Origin: a bacterium
Lineage (GTDB): Bacteria; Patescibacteriota; Minisyncoccia; Phycocordibacterales; UBA918
Direction of reading: 5' to 3'
Assembly: GCA_030430425.1 (NCBI GenBank)
Contig: JAUIFS010000001.1
Span: 5,992-69,991, forward strand
DNA length: 64,000 nucleotides
The position numbers and the translations under genes are program-made. The notes below the pieces were generated by a model. It had not been told where the DNA came from, did no database searches, and saw only the letters and a list, made by a program, of their open reading frames with translations. Below, piece after piece: positions 1 to 8,752 of the stretch; position 1 is the stretch's first letter, and each line of letters starts with the position of its first letter.

Positions 1-829
1 TCAACGATCGGAGAATTTCGAGCTTGGTGGTGTATGACTTCCCTGCTCCAGAAGTTGCAAAGGTTACCGAGTTGTAGTTAGTCAGCTGGTATCGGTCAAA
101 GAGTACCAATGAAGAGTTGTGTCGATTGATACCGTAGAGGATACCTGTATCAGAGGTCAGGTCAAACGAGGTAAAGGGAAAGAAACTTGAAAGTGGCGAA
201 GAGTTGAACTTGCTGTGTACCATCAACTGGTCGTCCATAAACGGCAACGCACTCTTCATGCCTTGTTCTTGTTGGAACTGGGCTGGTTTGATGTAAATAA
301 GACGTGAGTCAAGAATGTTTTTTATTTCATTTTCCGTTTTGTTGAGTTTTGACTCGTCCTCGCTGTAGATGGTCATGTAGAGACCCACATTAAACAACTT
401 CTCCTCTGCTTGTTGGAGCTTATCGCGCAGGTCTTCAAGGTTGCGATATGCAGCTTCTAGCTGCGGGTCACGCACCATACCTTGCTCGGCACGACTGTTT
501 ATTTGGCTTTGTACCTCAGCTACTTTTTTTTGGAATTTCTTAAGAGTACTTGCGGTATCGATTGGGTGTACAAAAATAGATACATCCATTTCTTTTTCCA
601 TATCGAGAATTGGCTCAAGCCACCCATCGTTGAGATATCGTGGATAGGAAATGGTGAAGAATGTACGAGCGTAGGTGCCGCTTATATTGATGGTTCGCTG
701 CCCTATTTCGATTCCAGACGGTGCAACGACGTCTTCAAGGGTGAGTAGCGCATGAGACACATCAGGAGTGTCTTCCTGAGTGGTGTTTGTTTTTTTTGCT
801 GCAGGTTGTAAAAAGTCTAAAAGCCCCAT
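1..829 (-). CDS. virB4: VirB4/TrbE/PrgJ-family type IV secretion ATPase, N-terminal about 276 aa; gene continues past window start
   Basis: Hand translation of minus strand from ATG at 829..827 gives MGLLDFLQPAAKK...VAPSGIEIGQRTINISGTYARTFFTISYPRYLNDGWLEPILD...DVSIFVHPID...SLVLFDRYQ...TSGAGKSYTTK (Walker A). The layout matches the central region of Gram-positive VirB4 homologs (PrgJ/TcpF). No stop reached before position 1. Confidence 0.75.
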   Translation of the reverse strand, partial: MGLLDFLQPAAKKTNTTQEDTPDVSHALLTLEDVVAPSGIEIGQRTINISGTYARTFFTISYPRYLNDGWLEPILDMEKEMDVSIFVHPIDTASTLKKFQKKVAEVQSQINSRAEQGMVRDPQLEAAYRNLEDLRDKLQQAEEKLFNVGLYMTIYSEDESKLNKTENEIKNILDSRLIYIKPAQFQQEQGMKSALPFMDDQLMVHSKFNSSPLSSFFPFTSFDLTSDTGILYGINRHNSSLVLFDRYQLTNYNSVTFATSGAGKSYTTKLEILRSL

Positions 830-871
830 ATGTCACTAGTATAACAGTCGTTGCGCGTACATCGGTCAGTA

Positions 872-1519
872 CTACCCACGTTGTTGTTCAGGAGCAGAAC
901 CGCTGATATCGGCAGGGTTGAAGATGTGGTAGTACAGCTCCACCAACGCCTCGTCTTCAAGCGCAATGGTACGCACACCGATGCGGTTCAGCCCTTGCTC
1001 TACCAGTGATGCACGTTGTTCCAGTTGCAGGCGGTGTTCCTCAAACGATGCGTCGTCTTGCTGCGGTGTTTTTTTGTTTCCGAGCACAGAACTTAAGCCA
1101 CTGCTGACGTTTTGCAACTCAACTCCGCGAGGTGAATACGGGATGACAATAAAAAAGTTTTTACTCATGACGTCTACCTCACTGACAAAACTTTTAATGA
1201 AATCGATGTACTCACGCAGCTGGATACGCATAAGGTCGTTATCTTGTTGCGGTTCGCGCGCACGTAGTTGATCGAGGTACGGCTCAATATCAAGCCGTCG
1301 TGATTGGATATAGAACTGAATGGAGAAATCGAGTGTGTTGAGGAATGTTTGGAATTGCCCGAGGATTGCCCGCTGTTCATCGAGCGACTTTAGTGCGAAG
1401 TTGATGGATGATGCAAGCAGAATACTACACATACGACCATCTTTCATAATCACGACATTTTGTTTAATGTCGCGGATGGGAACAAACTCCTGTGTTGTTT
1501 TTTGTTTTTGTTGTGCCAT
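872..1519 (-). CDS. VirB4 N-terminal-domain-like protein (215 aa), same frame as downstream ATPase ORF but separated by stop codons
   Basis: FVPIRDIKQNVVIMKDGRMCSILLASSINFALKSLDEQRAILGQFQTFLNTLDF resembles the N-terminal CagE/TrbE/VirB4 domain of PrgJ-like proteins. Ends at TAG 872..874. Confidence 0.6.
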   Translation of the reverse strand: MAQQKQKTTQEFVPIRDIKQNVVIMKDGRMCSILLASSINFALKSLDEQRAILGQFQTFLNTLDFSIQFYIQSRRLDIEPYLDQLRAREPQQDNDLMRIQLREYIDFIKSFVSEVDVMSKNFFIVIPYSPRGVELQNVSSGLSSVLGNKKTPQQDDASFEEHRLQLEQRASLVEQGLNRIGVRTIALEDEALVELYYHIFNPADISGSAPEQQRG

Positions 1520-1520
1520 A

Positions 1521-1952
1521 TTATTCAGCTTTTTGTAGTGCAGTTAGTTCAAGTTTTCGCGATAGGCTATTGATACCGCCTCCGTTGCGGTGTGGTGTCG
1601 GGATGTTTGTGGGTGTAGCACTTTTTTCAGGTATGTTTTCACTTTGATAGACGTTTGCGTTGCGTTTTCTCCAGTAGTAGATACGCGTTGAACCATAGAA
1701 CGTAATTGCCGACTCGAGGAAAATAGAAAAGGGGCGGTTATTCACTGGGTAAAACGCAAGCAGTGCAGCAAGCCCAGCAGCAGGAAGTCCAATAATTGCA
1801 AAGAGTATTTTTGAGGTGATAAAGGTGATCACTGCAATACCAATACCGCCACAAAGATACACAAACTGCCGCCAGGTGAACGGACCAAAAATCTTATCTT
1901 CAATTTCAATAAACTGAGGAACTTCAAATCGCATATTGCTTGTATTATACAT
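1521..1952 (-). CDS. PrgI/VirB3-like small membrane protein of T4SS (trimmed from the 237-aa track ORF)
   Basis: MRFEVPQFIEIEDKIFGPFTWRQFVYLCGGIGIAVITFI motif followed by two TM helices, typical of the PrgI family. The long form overlaps upstream gene 2023..2808 and the hairpin at 1993..2021, so the start was moved to the internal Met (1952 or 1934). Confidence 0.45.
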   Translation of the reverse strand: MYNTSNMRFEVPQFIEIEDKIFGPFTWRQFVYLCGGIGIAVITFITSKILFAIIGLPAAGLAALLAFYPVNNRPFSIFLESAITFYGSTRIYYWRKRNANVYQSENIPEKSATPTNIPTPHRNGGGINSLSRKLELTALQKAE

Positions 1953-1992
1953 GCTCTGTGCCGACGCGGGAGAGAAACTGTGCCCAGGCACT

Positions 1993-2021
1993 AAAAACCC
2001 TAGGATTATCCTAGGGTTTTT
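1993..2021. terminator. palindromic hairpin aaaaaccctaggattatcctagggttttt
   Basis: Perfect 10-bp stem flanked by an A-run and a T-run, between gene 2023..2808 and the PrgI-like gene. Confidence 0.5.
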
Positions 2022-2022
2022 A

Positions 2023-2808
2023 TTACTCATCGGTGTAGGTTGGTTTTTCAACCAGTGGCGGTTTCTCTGTAAGCAGATCGTCCTGTGATGCACTACGGAT
2101 AACTTCCTCAGTATGTTCCTGCTGCCCTGCTTCGTCAGGATAGAGGTCACGGTACGCACCATAACCATGTATACGAGAAACATCAGTGGGCATGCTACGC
2201 ATGGGTTGTACGTCTTTATATGCTTCCACTTCACTCGGCAGCTCGTTTGAAAACGTAAGCGGTTGTGCTTCTGGAAGTTCTGCAGAAGGGATTGGTCGTT
2301 CGTTTGATGTTTCTGCTGCGGGTGTTGTGTGTGCTATCGGTATGTTTGTTGGTGCAGGTGCAGTTGGCGCAGTTTGCATAGGAGTTTCTGGTGCGGTCAT
2401 GTCTTCAGGAGTATCTGGCACCTCGTCTGCTTCACCGTGTATTGCTTCTTCACGCAATGCTTTAAAGTTTTGTTGGAGCTCTTGCAGTCCCGAACGGTCC
2501 GGCTCCCCTTCCTTGCGCTCACGGTCTTCAACTGGTTTGAGAAACTCTGAGAGTTCAGAGAGGATGCGTTGTGCCTCATCTGCACTCACCCCTAGTTCTG
2601 ACTGGAGTTTTGCAGGGAGTTCAATCGTTTTATAGATACCGAGGATGGTGTCACCGATAAGGTACGTCAATATGTCTGATTTAGTGGGTGCTTGTGTAGG
2701 ATTAAAAATAGTTTCTAATTTTTGTCCAAGTTCAGGAGAGTTGTACACATCCCAAAGAGTGTCTGAAAGAAGGTGTTTTTTGTTTCTTCGCAGTTCTTCT
2801 AAAGTCAT
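2023..2808 (-). CDS. acidic Pro/Thr/Ala-rich hypothetical protein (261 aa) inside T4SS module
   Basis: Long ORF with a low-complexity acidic C-terminal half (PAPTNIPIAHTTPAAE...). No recognizable family. Confidence 0.5.
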   Translation of the reverse strand: MTLEELRRNKKHLLSDTLWDVYNSPELGQKLETIFNPTQAPTKSDILTYLIGDTILGIYKTIELPAKLQSELGVSADEAQRILSELSEFLKPVEDRERKEGEPDRSGLQELQQNFKALREEAIHGEADEVPDTPEDMTAPETPMQTAPTAPAPTNIPIAHTTPAAETSNERPIPSAELPEAQPLTFSNELPSEVEAYKDVQPMRSMPTDVSRIHGYGAYRDLYPDEAGQQEHTEEVIRSASQDDLLTEKPPLVEKPTYTDE

Positions 2809-2816
2809 ATTGTTTC

Positions 2817-5294
2817 TTATTTACCAAATGATTTACCCCCTGGAGATTTAAGCCAATTGATTATTTCTACTCCCCGCTCAGTTTCTCTGGATGAGGCATT
2901 TGCTGGTAAATTGTTAACATAGTTTTCTAAGTGGGTACGAATATCTTTTTGGGCTGATACGTCAAGTTCTGCAAAAGCTTTTGATTTAATAACTGATTCA
3001 GGTAGTGCTTCAACAAAATCTTTTTCTTTGAAAGCACCTTTTGGCAACTTTGCAATATCTCCTGCCTTTCTTTTCAGAATATTGGCTCTGGTTACCCCAT
3101 CTACTACTCCGCCACGCACCACTTTGAGAACAGCCTTTTCGTGTTCTTGTTTCAGGGTATCTTTATGTGCTTCAACCATCTTTAGTTTGTCGATCTTGTC
3201 TGTGGACAGATGGATTATGTTTTCTTCTTTTTGAAGTTCTTCGAAGCCAACAGCATTAAGCTCATCTGTACTTGCTTTTGCAAAACCTTTTCCAGGTTTT
3301 GCAGCGTCTCCTTTGATATACTTTACGGTTTCTTTTTTGTGTGCTTTTTGAATTTCACCTGTTTCAGTTTCACCAACATCGTCGCTCTTTACAATTGCTT
3401 CAAGCTTAGCAGGGGTTAAGAGGTGGGCATTGTTCATAATAGCTTTACGCCCGTCCTTAGTTTTTGCAATTTGCATAAGTTGTTCAGAAGTTGCGTTTTG
3501 GAATGCTTGTTGACGAGTCGCTTCGTCTGATGAAGACATGTCAGACTGTATCTTTCTTCTTGCAACTGTTGCTGTGTGTTTTTTAGATTCAGCCTTGTCT
3601 GCATCAACACGTTCTTTCCGTGAACCAGCAACACCAAAAGAAGCACTTTCCCCCTTTCCAACAAAAGAACGCATTGCACGTCGTGCGCGAGAGCGAGGTT
3701 TTCCTCGAGCATCATCCCGTGCATCCATCCGTTTCCCTTGCCAATTTGCAGCTTTACCAACGGCAGCACTTGCTCCCCAGCTTGCTCCATATCGAGGTAC
3801 CCACGTTGCTCCATTTCTCATACGACGCAAAGCTCCCTGTGTGGTATTCATAGCAACATTTGCGCCTTGGACACTCATACTTTGTCCAACTTTTGTTGCA
3901 GCGATAAGGAAACCAACTCCAATTGCAAAGAAGAGAAAAATAGTGAAGGTGTCTTTTGTCCATGTTTCACCAATAGAGCTAGCATATTTCCCTGTCCCCA
4001 TTGTCCCTTTTAATTGGATCATAGTGTAGAGACCAATATAGAGCATAAAGATATACGCCGGCGCAAAAAAAGCATAGCCAATAAACTTTTTCCACCACAT
4101 ATCAGAGTACTGCTTGAAACTAGGCAGTACCCACCCAAGGAACATGGCAGGAGAGAAGATCATAAAAATAATCAATGCAATAAACCGAGACACAAGCATG
4201 AGCCCGCCAAATGCGAGTGTCATCCCGAGAATAATGGAGAATAGGAGTACCATAATAGAGAACAATACAACCTGCCCGACTTCTTTCAGCGGATTTCCTG
4301 AAAACCAGCTTGAAATACGCAATGTCTCCATGTATGCAGACGCGATGCTCTTACCGTCAGCTGTGTAGCCTCCCCCGGCGCCTTGCGAGTTTACCGCGTC
4401 ATCTCCATCGAGGGTAACTTCACCTACTTCAAAACCATACGTTCCTTTGATACCTTGCGTTGCAACTGAGTGTATTGCAACTGCAGTATAGTTTGCAACG
4501 TCAACAATAACTTTTGTGAAATAGAGACTGAAGTTGATCAGTAGTGCGGCAACAATCAGCCACCCAAGTGCACGTTGAGTGCCAGTATCATCAGCAGAAA
4601 GGATTGTTTTTAAACCAATCCATACGAGCGAAAAGATGAAAAGAATGTTGAAAAGGTCGCGCACCACTGTCCATAGTGCATTTACGACCGCACCTAAAGA
4701 GCCATTACCTGCACTTTCTGCACAACCTTGTCCTCCATCTTTTACAAACCAACAACCCATTTCGAGTACCACTTTCTGTACCGCAAGGTCAAAAATGCTC
4801 CCACCAAGTGCTATCACCCATCCGCCCATTGCTACAGAAATATTGTATATCTTACTCTCTGTTTCATCGGCATTAACAGCATTTGTTTGTTGTGAGGCAT
4901 GTTCAGCAGCTGCAGCAACTGCGTCAGGGACATCTGCTGAGGTAAGTCCTGTTCCGGTGTCTTGACCCGGGGTAGATGGGTCAGAGGTACCGTCTGAGCC
5001 ACCACTTGTGTCGCCAATTCCTGTGTTGCCGGTACCTCCAAATGCATCAATTTCATCTTGAGTCCCATCGCCTGCTACACCTCCACAAGGGTATGGGTCA
5101 CCAAAGGCGTTATAACAAGTAGATTGTGCCTGCGCCGCCTGTGGTAGTGATAGAAAAAAATAGGAAACAAAAAAGAGACATACAGCAAAAACAACGAATA
5201 TACGCAAAAAGAAGTTCATATGACGCTGCATGAACATACCCATATAGGTCTTATTGTACCCTGTTTTCTGTTGTAAGAAACAGTATCTCCCCAC
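2817..5294 (-). CDS. VirB6/TrbL/PrgH-like polytopic membrane protein (825 aa) with signal peptide, Gly-rich segment and long charged C-terminal tail
   Basis: N-terminal hydrophobic signal (LFFVSYFFLSLPQAAQA), then at least 6 predicted TM helices (e.g. VVLFSIMVLLFSIILGMTLAFGGLMLVSRFIALIIFMIF) and a roughly 350-aa K/R/E-rich tail. It sits immediately upstream of the PrgI-like and VirB4 genes, as prgH does before prgI-prgJ. Confidence 0.5.
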   Translation of the reverse strand: MGRYCFLQQKTGYNKTYMGMFMQRHMNFFLRIFVVFAVCLFFVSYFFLSLPQAAQAQSTCYNAFGDPYPCGGVAGDGTQDEIDAFGGTGNTGIGDTSGGSDGTSDPSTPGQDTGTGLTSADVPDAVAAAAEHASQQTNAVNADETESKIYNISVAMGGWVIALGGSIFDLAVQKVVLEMGCWFVKDGGQGCAESAGNGSLGAVVNALWTVVRDLFNILFIFSLVWIGLKTILSADDTGTQRALGWLIVAALLINFSLYFTKVIVDVANYTAVAIHSVATQGIKGTYGFEVGEVTLDGDDAVNSQGAGGGYTADGKSIASAYMETLRISSWFSGNPLKEVGQVVLFSIMVLLFSIILGMTLAFGGLMLVSRFIALIIFMIFSPAMFLGWVLPSFKQYSDMWWKKFIGYAFFAPAYIFMLYIGLYTMIQLKGTMGTGKYASSIGETWTKDTFTIFLFFAIGVGFLIAATKVGQSMSVQGANVAMNTTQGALRRMRNGATWVPRYGASWGASAAVGKAANWQGKRMDARDDARGKPRSRARRAMRSFVGKGESASFGVAGSRKERVDADKAESKKHTATVARRKIQSDMSSSDEATRQQAFQNATSEQLMQIAKTKDGRKAIMNNAHLLTPAKLEAIVKSDDVGETETGEIQKAHKKETVKYIKGDAAKPGKGFAKASTDELNAVGFEELQKEENIIHLSTDKIDKLKMVEAHKDTLKQEHEKAVLKVVRGGVVDGVTRANILKRKAGDIAKLPKGAFKEKDFVEALPESVIKSKAFAELDVSAQKDIRTHLENYVNNLPANASSRETERGVEIINWLKSPGGKSFGK

Positions 5295-5375
5295 GTTGAC
5301 AGCTTTGTGTATGTGGGTTTATACAAAAGCGGTCACCGATAGGTGGCCGCTTTTGTATATAGGGTATGTAATTTA

Positions 5376-6848
5376 CTAATCGTCGTTGCAAGAGAGCTTT
5401 AAGAGATCAATTTGTTGTTTAAATGTTCCAATCTGTTGGGTAATTTCATAGTCAATGTGTATCTTTAAAAGATCATTTTCTGCAATATCTACCACACGAC
5501 CCCTAGACTTGAGCTTGTTGTACTCATTTATAATACTCGTTTGTTCTTGCGGGTCGGTTGATGCGTCAAAGCGGTTGCGTAGTGCGATAAGTTCGGGGAG
5601 TACTTGCTGTGAGTTCAGCTGTGCCAAAACCGCATTTGCACGTTCGGTACGTAAGCCGTTGGGTACTTCAGGGATAACGCATTTTTGATTGAGCTTTGCA
5701 GTATTGTCTCGATAGGTCACCAAGTCATCTATAAGTGTGACAATCTTTTTTTGCAACGTGATGTGTTTTTGCTCACGCGTAACTGCAGGACCAATTGGGT
5801 TTTCAATGCTTCCCGCTTCGGTTCCTTCGTCTTTAAGACTGTCTAAGAATGATCGCCCGTCACTTCCTTCAAAAGAAGTGTCGGTGTATTCTGAGCTGCC
5901 GAGTCCGAGCAGTCCGTTCATGCCGGTAATTGCTTGTTGCGCAAGTTGTGCAAAGAACGCCCCGATGATCTCATTGATTTCGTCTGCTTCAATAAGTGCA
6001 TCTTGTCCTGCACCGAGTGACTTATTGACTTGGTCAGCAATAACCTGTCCTGGCGTGGTGATATCACAGTCAGTTTGTGCTCCACTTGCAACGTCGGTGT
6101 CGCTACATACTTTGAAGGATAAGAATCCATCTCCCCAGTCAAGTTCTCGTACGGTATTTCCTTCTGCATCAGCAATACGTGCGTACATTTCTTGTTCCGC
6201 AGCAAGGTATGCTCCGGTCGGCGTGTTGATAGGGTTTTGGGTGACTTCAAACCAGTTTTGTGGATTGTAGGAATCCCCCGCGAGGAATCCTTCTATATTG
6301 TCAGCAACTCCACTGAGGGTACATTGTGCTTCGCTGCCAAACCCCTCATGTGTTTCTTCTTGGTAGGTAGTGGCAAGTGCAATTTTTACGTCGAGCTGGA
6401 ATGGACTACATAAGAAGTTAAGTGCAGGATCATTGTATATAAAGTCGCCTACTAGTGCGTCTGCTTGGTCAAGTAAGAACTGCTTGAGGTCGGTCACAAA
6501 CGCAGGACTTCCTTGGAACCCGGAGTTAATCCAGTTGAGGATACTCTGGGTCATGCTCTTGAGAATCATTTTTGCAAGTGCATGTGCAATTGGGTCGAGT
6601 GAAAGTTCTTTTAAAGCTAGAGATGTCTGCAGTCCTGCAATGGTGGTGTTTGCGCCGGCACTAATGGTGTCTTGTACCGTACCGTTACCTCCAATGACAG
6701 TTACTGTATCGCCTGTGCCTAAGAATGCATGTGCTTTCTGTACCTGTGCATCAGGGGTTATGGGTGTAAATCCAACACTGACAAAAACAAGTATGAAGAG
6801 TGAAACTCCGCTTATAGATTTTTTTAAAAAAGAACGTGGATATTTCAT
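5376..6848 (-). CDS. secreted hypothetical protein (490 aa) with N-terminal signal peptide
   Basis: MKYPRSFLKKSISGVSLFILVFVSVGF... signal-like N-terminus; no recognizable domain. Co-oriented with the T4SS module. Confidence 0.6.
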   Translation of the reverse strand: MKYPRSFLKKSISGVSLFILVFVSVGFTPITPDAQVQKAHAFLGTGDTVTVIGGNGTVQDTISAGANTTIAGLQTSLALKELSLDPIAHALAKMILKSMTQSILNWINSGFQGSPAFVTDLKQFLLDQADALVGDFIYNDPALNFLCSPFQLDVKIALATTYQEETHEGFGSEAQCTLSGVADNIEGFLAGDSYNPQNWFEVTQNPINTPTGAYLAAEQEMYARIADAEGNTVRELDWGDGFLSFKVCSDTDVASGAQTDCDITTPGQVIADQVNKSLGAGQDALIEADEINEIIGAFFAQLAQQAITGMNGLLGLGSSEYTDTSFEGSDGRSFLDSLKDEGTEAGSIENPIGPAVTREQKHITLQKKIVTLIDDLVTYRDNTAKLNQKCVIPEVPNGLRTERANAVLAQLNSQQVLPELIALRNRFDASTDPQEQTSIINEYNKLKSRGRVVDIAENDLLKIHIDYEITQQIGTFKQQIDLLKLSCNDD

Positions 6849-6859
6849 ACGCAGAAGTA

Positions 6860-7660
6860 CTAATTGTTTTCGTTAATACTGATAACACTATAGACAACCG
6901 AGTTGGCGTTCCAGGTGATACCTTGGGTAACTAGTGTTGCATAGAGTCCGTTAAGCGATACAAGCAGGCCGGTAGCATCATCTTGATAGCGTTTGAGTCG
7001 CAGCAGTGCGAGCATGGGGTCGGAAAAGGCATTACGCATAGCAGTGATGTCCGAAAGAATTGCTTGGTAACTGTTGAGTAGTGCAAGGTGTTCTTGCACC
7101 ATGCTGCTTGGTACTGAAAGGTTTTTTGTGGTGTCTACATACTGCGAGTATGCGTCGATCTTTGCATCGAGTTTTTTAAGATCATCACCATTTTGGGAGC
7201 GCAGTGCTTGCACAAGAATGTCTGTTTCTGATTGTGTGCCGTCTTCAGAATATGAAACGACAATAGATGCGATCGCTTCTCCGTATGCGGCTAATGCCTC
7301 AGGAGAATTGTTGGTGGTGATTACAATGTCTGCAGGGGTAAAAAGTGTGTCAGTAGCTTCCTGTGCAAGTGTGTCTGCAGCATTGGCAACAAGTTCATCA
7401 GGCGCGGTGCCGAATGCTCCATAGTTTTCAGAGCGTACAATATCTTGGAAGAAGTCGAGCGCAAATTGTTCGGTTACGGTCTCAGGAGGTACGTAGTCTG
7501 CACCGGGTTCACCTGTTATTGCAAGTGGCTCAGTAATCTGCAACGCTTCCTGCCAATCAGGAACACCGTCCCCATTTTGATCTAGTTCGGGGAGTGCTCT
7601 TCGTTCAGGTGCGAAGAAAAAGTGCACCGGAGATAAGGACTGCGGTAAAAAGTAAAGCAA
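6860..7660 (-). CDS. hypothetical protein (266 aa); possible N-terminal signal anchor encoded in another frame upstream (7606..7688)
   Basis: Track ORF starts at TTG. An ATG at 7688 opens MSASQKRISLALLFTAVLISGALFLRT* in the +1 frame across a T5 run, suggesting a frameshift or sequencing error. Confidence 0.5.
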   Translation of the reverse strand: MLYFLPQSLSPVHFFFAPERRALPELDQNGDGVPDWQEALQITEPLAITGEPGADYVPPETVTEQFALDFFQDIVRSENYGAFGTAPDELVANAADTLAQEATDTLFTPADIVITTNNSPEALAAYGEAIASIVVSYSEDGTQSETDILVQALRSQNGDDLKKLDAKIDAYSQYVDTTKNLSVPSSMVQEHLALLNSYQAILSDITAMRNAFSDPMLALLRLKRYQDDATGLLVSLNGLYATLVTQGITWNANSVVYSVISINENN

Positions 7661-7795
7661 GTGAAATTCGTTTCTGTGATGCAGACATATGAACTGTATA
7701 CATATATAAGTATACCAGCGGATCGGTGCTGGTGGCTTAGTGTGTGTATGAAGCTGTGGTTAACTCAGTGGATAACGCTGTATACAATATATGTA

Positions 7796-8620
7796 CTACT
7801 GGTGTGCGGACAGTGTAGAAGTTAATGTAAGCCATTTTTCAAGAGGTACATCCTCTGCACGTGCTGAAACAGGTATCGCTGCTGTTGAAAACATGTGTAT
7901 AAGTGCTTCTCGTGGGTATTGTTTTGCAAGGTTGCCAAGCAACTGCTTACGTTTTTGTCCAAAACCAAGGTGTAATACGTTGAAAAACAAGGTCTCATCG
8001 ACAGTTTTGAAGTTGTGCCGGTTAATGTTTCGTATCGCGATAATACCAGAATCTACTTTTGGAGGTGGCGTGAAGTGACCCCTTGAAACTGTCTTCACAT
8101 AGGTAGGGTTTCCGTATGCCTGCACCGAAAGAGAGAGGAGTGACTCTTTCTCCCCTCTCGAGATGTTACTACATGCTCGTTTTGCAACTTCTTTTTGCAC
8201 TAAGTACACAAGATCTGTTGGTTGTGTATCTAATTCTAAAAAGGTGCGAAACAGAAGCCCCGACAGATAATACGGTATATTGGCAACGACTTTAAAGTTA
8301 CGTTCAGCAATCTGCGGTAGGTCCGTACGCGCAAGCGTGCGCACATCGCGGTGCAATAGTATCAATTGTTTTTGTGTAAGGGCGTCTGCAAAAGTATCTT
8401 GGAGTACTGCAATTGCACGCGTGTCTGCTTCGAGGGCGATCACTGTTGCGCCGCGAGAAAGTAGTTCTTTAGTGAGCACTCCAGTCCCCGGACCAATCTC
8501 AAGGACAAGATCATCTTTCTGTACGTCTGCTGCATCACACATCCAACCAGGAACGACTGCACTGGTAAGAAAGTGCTGCCCGAGGGATTTCTTCGCATCA
8601 ATTTTTTTGATATCTACCAT
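7796..8620 (-). CDS. rsmA: 16S rRNA (adenine1518/1519-N6)-dimethyltransferase RsmA/KsgA
   Basis: LGQHFLTS..., VLEIGPGTGVLT SAM-binding motif, about 270 aa. Confidence 0.9.
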   Translation of the reverse strand: MVDIKKIDAKKSLGQHFLTSAVVPGWMCDAADVQKDDLVLEIGPGTGVLTKELLSRGATVIALEADTRAIAVLQDTFADALTQKQLILLHRDVRTLARTDLPQIAERNFKVVANIPYYLSGLLFRTFLELDTQPTDLVYLVQKEVAKRACSNISRGEKESLLSLSVQAYGNPTYVKTVSRGHFTPPPKVDSGIIAIRNINRHNFKTVDETLFFNVLHLGFGQKRKQLLGNLAKQYPREALIHMFSTAAIPVSARAEDVPLEKWLTLTSTLSAHQ

Positions 8621-8709
8621 ATGCGCCTACAGTACGTAATCTTCAAGCATAATGCAACGCGTTAGAGAGAACCATACTATCTCAGTTAACTGAGATAGTT
8701 GTCGGTTGT

Positions 8710-8749
8710 ATGCAAAAACGTGCGGCATGTATGCCGCACGTTTTTGCAT
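8710..8749. terminator. 40-nt perfect palindrome atgcaaaaacgtgcggcatgtatgccgcacgtttttgcat
   Basis: Immediately downstream of the helicase gene end (8753, minus strand); A-run/T-run flanks. Confidence 0.6.
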
Positions 8750-8752
8750 AGG

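Noticed and set aside
829-872. Alternative genetic code (UGA or UAG sense codon) to read through the VirB4 gap
   Set aside because: The gap contains both TAG and TGA. Other genes in the window terminate at TAA or TAG. Long housekeeping ORFs are intact under the standard code. The standard code was kept and the locus treated as a genuine split or pseudogene.
1521-2234. Full 237-aa form of the PrgI-like ORF
   Set aside because: Its N-terminal 95 aa overlap the upstream gene (2023..2808) and the palindromic hairpin at 1993..2021. It was trimmed to the internal Met before the conserved MRFEVPQF motif.
3538-4029. Embedded or antisense ORFs such as 3538..4029 (+), 13872..14411 (-), 17480..17983 (+), 49270..49818 (+), 52976..53707 (+), 54951..55538 (-)
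   Set aside because: They lie entirely inside well-supported genes on the opposite strand or in another frame. They have biased low-complexity (Ser/Ala/Cys-rich) translations typical of shadow ORFs and no SD.
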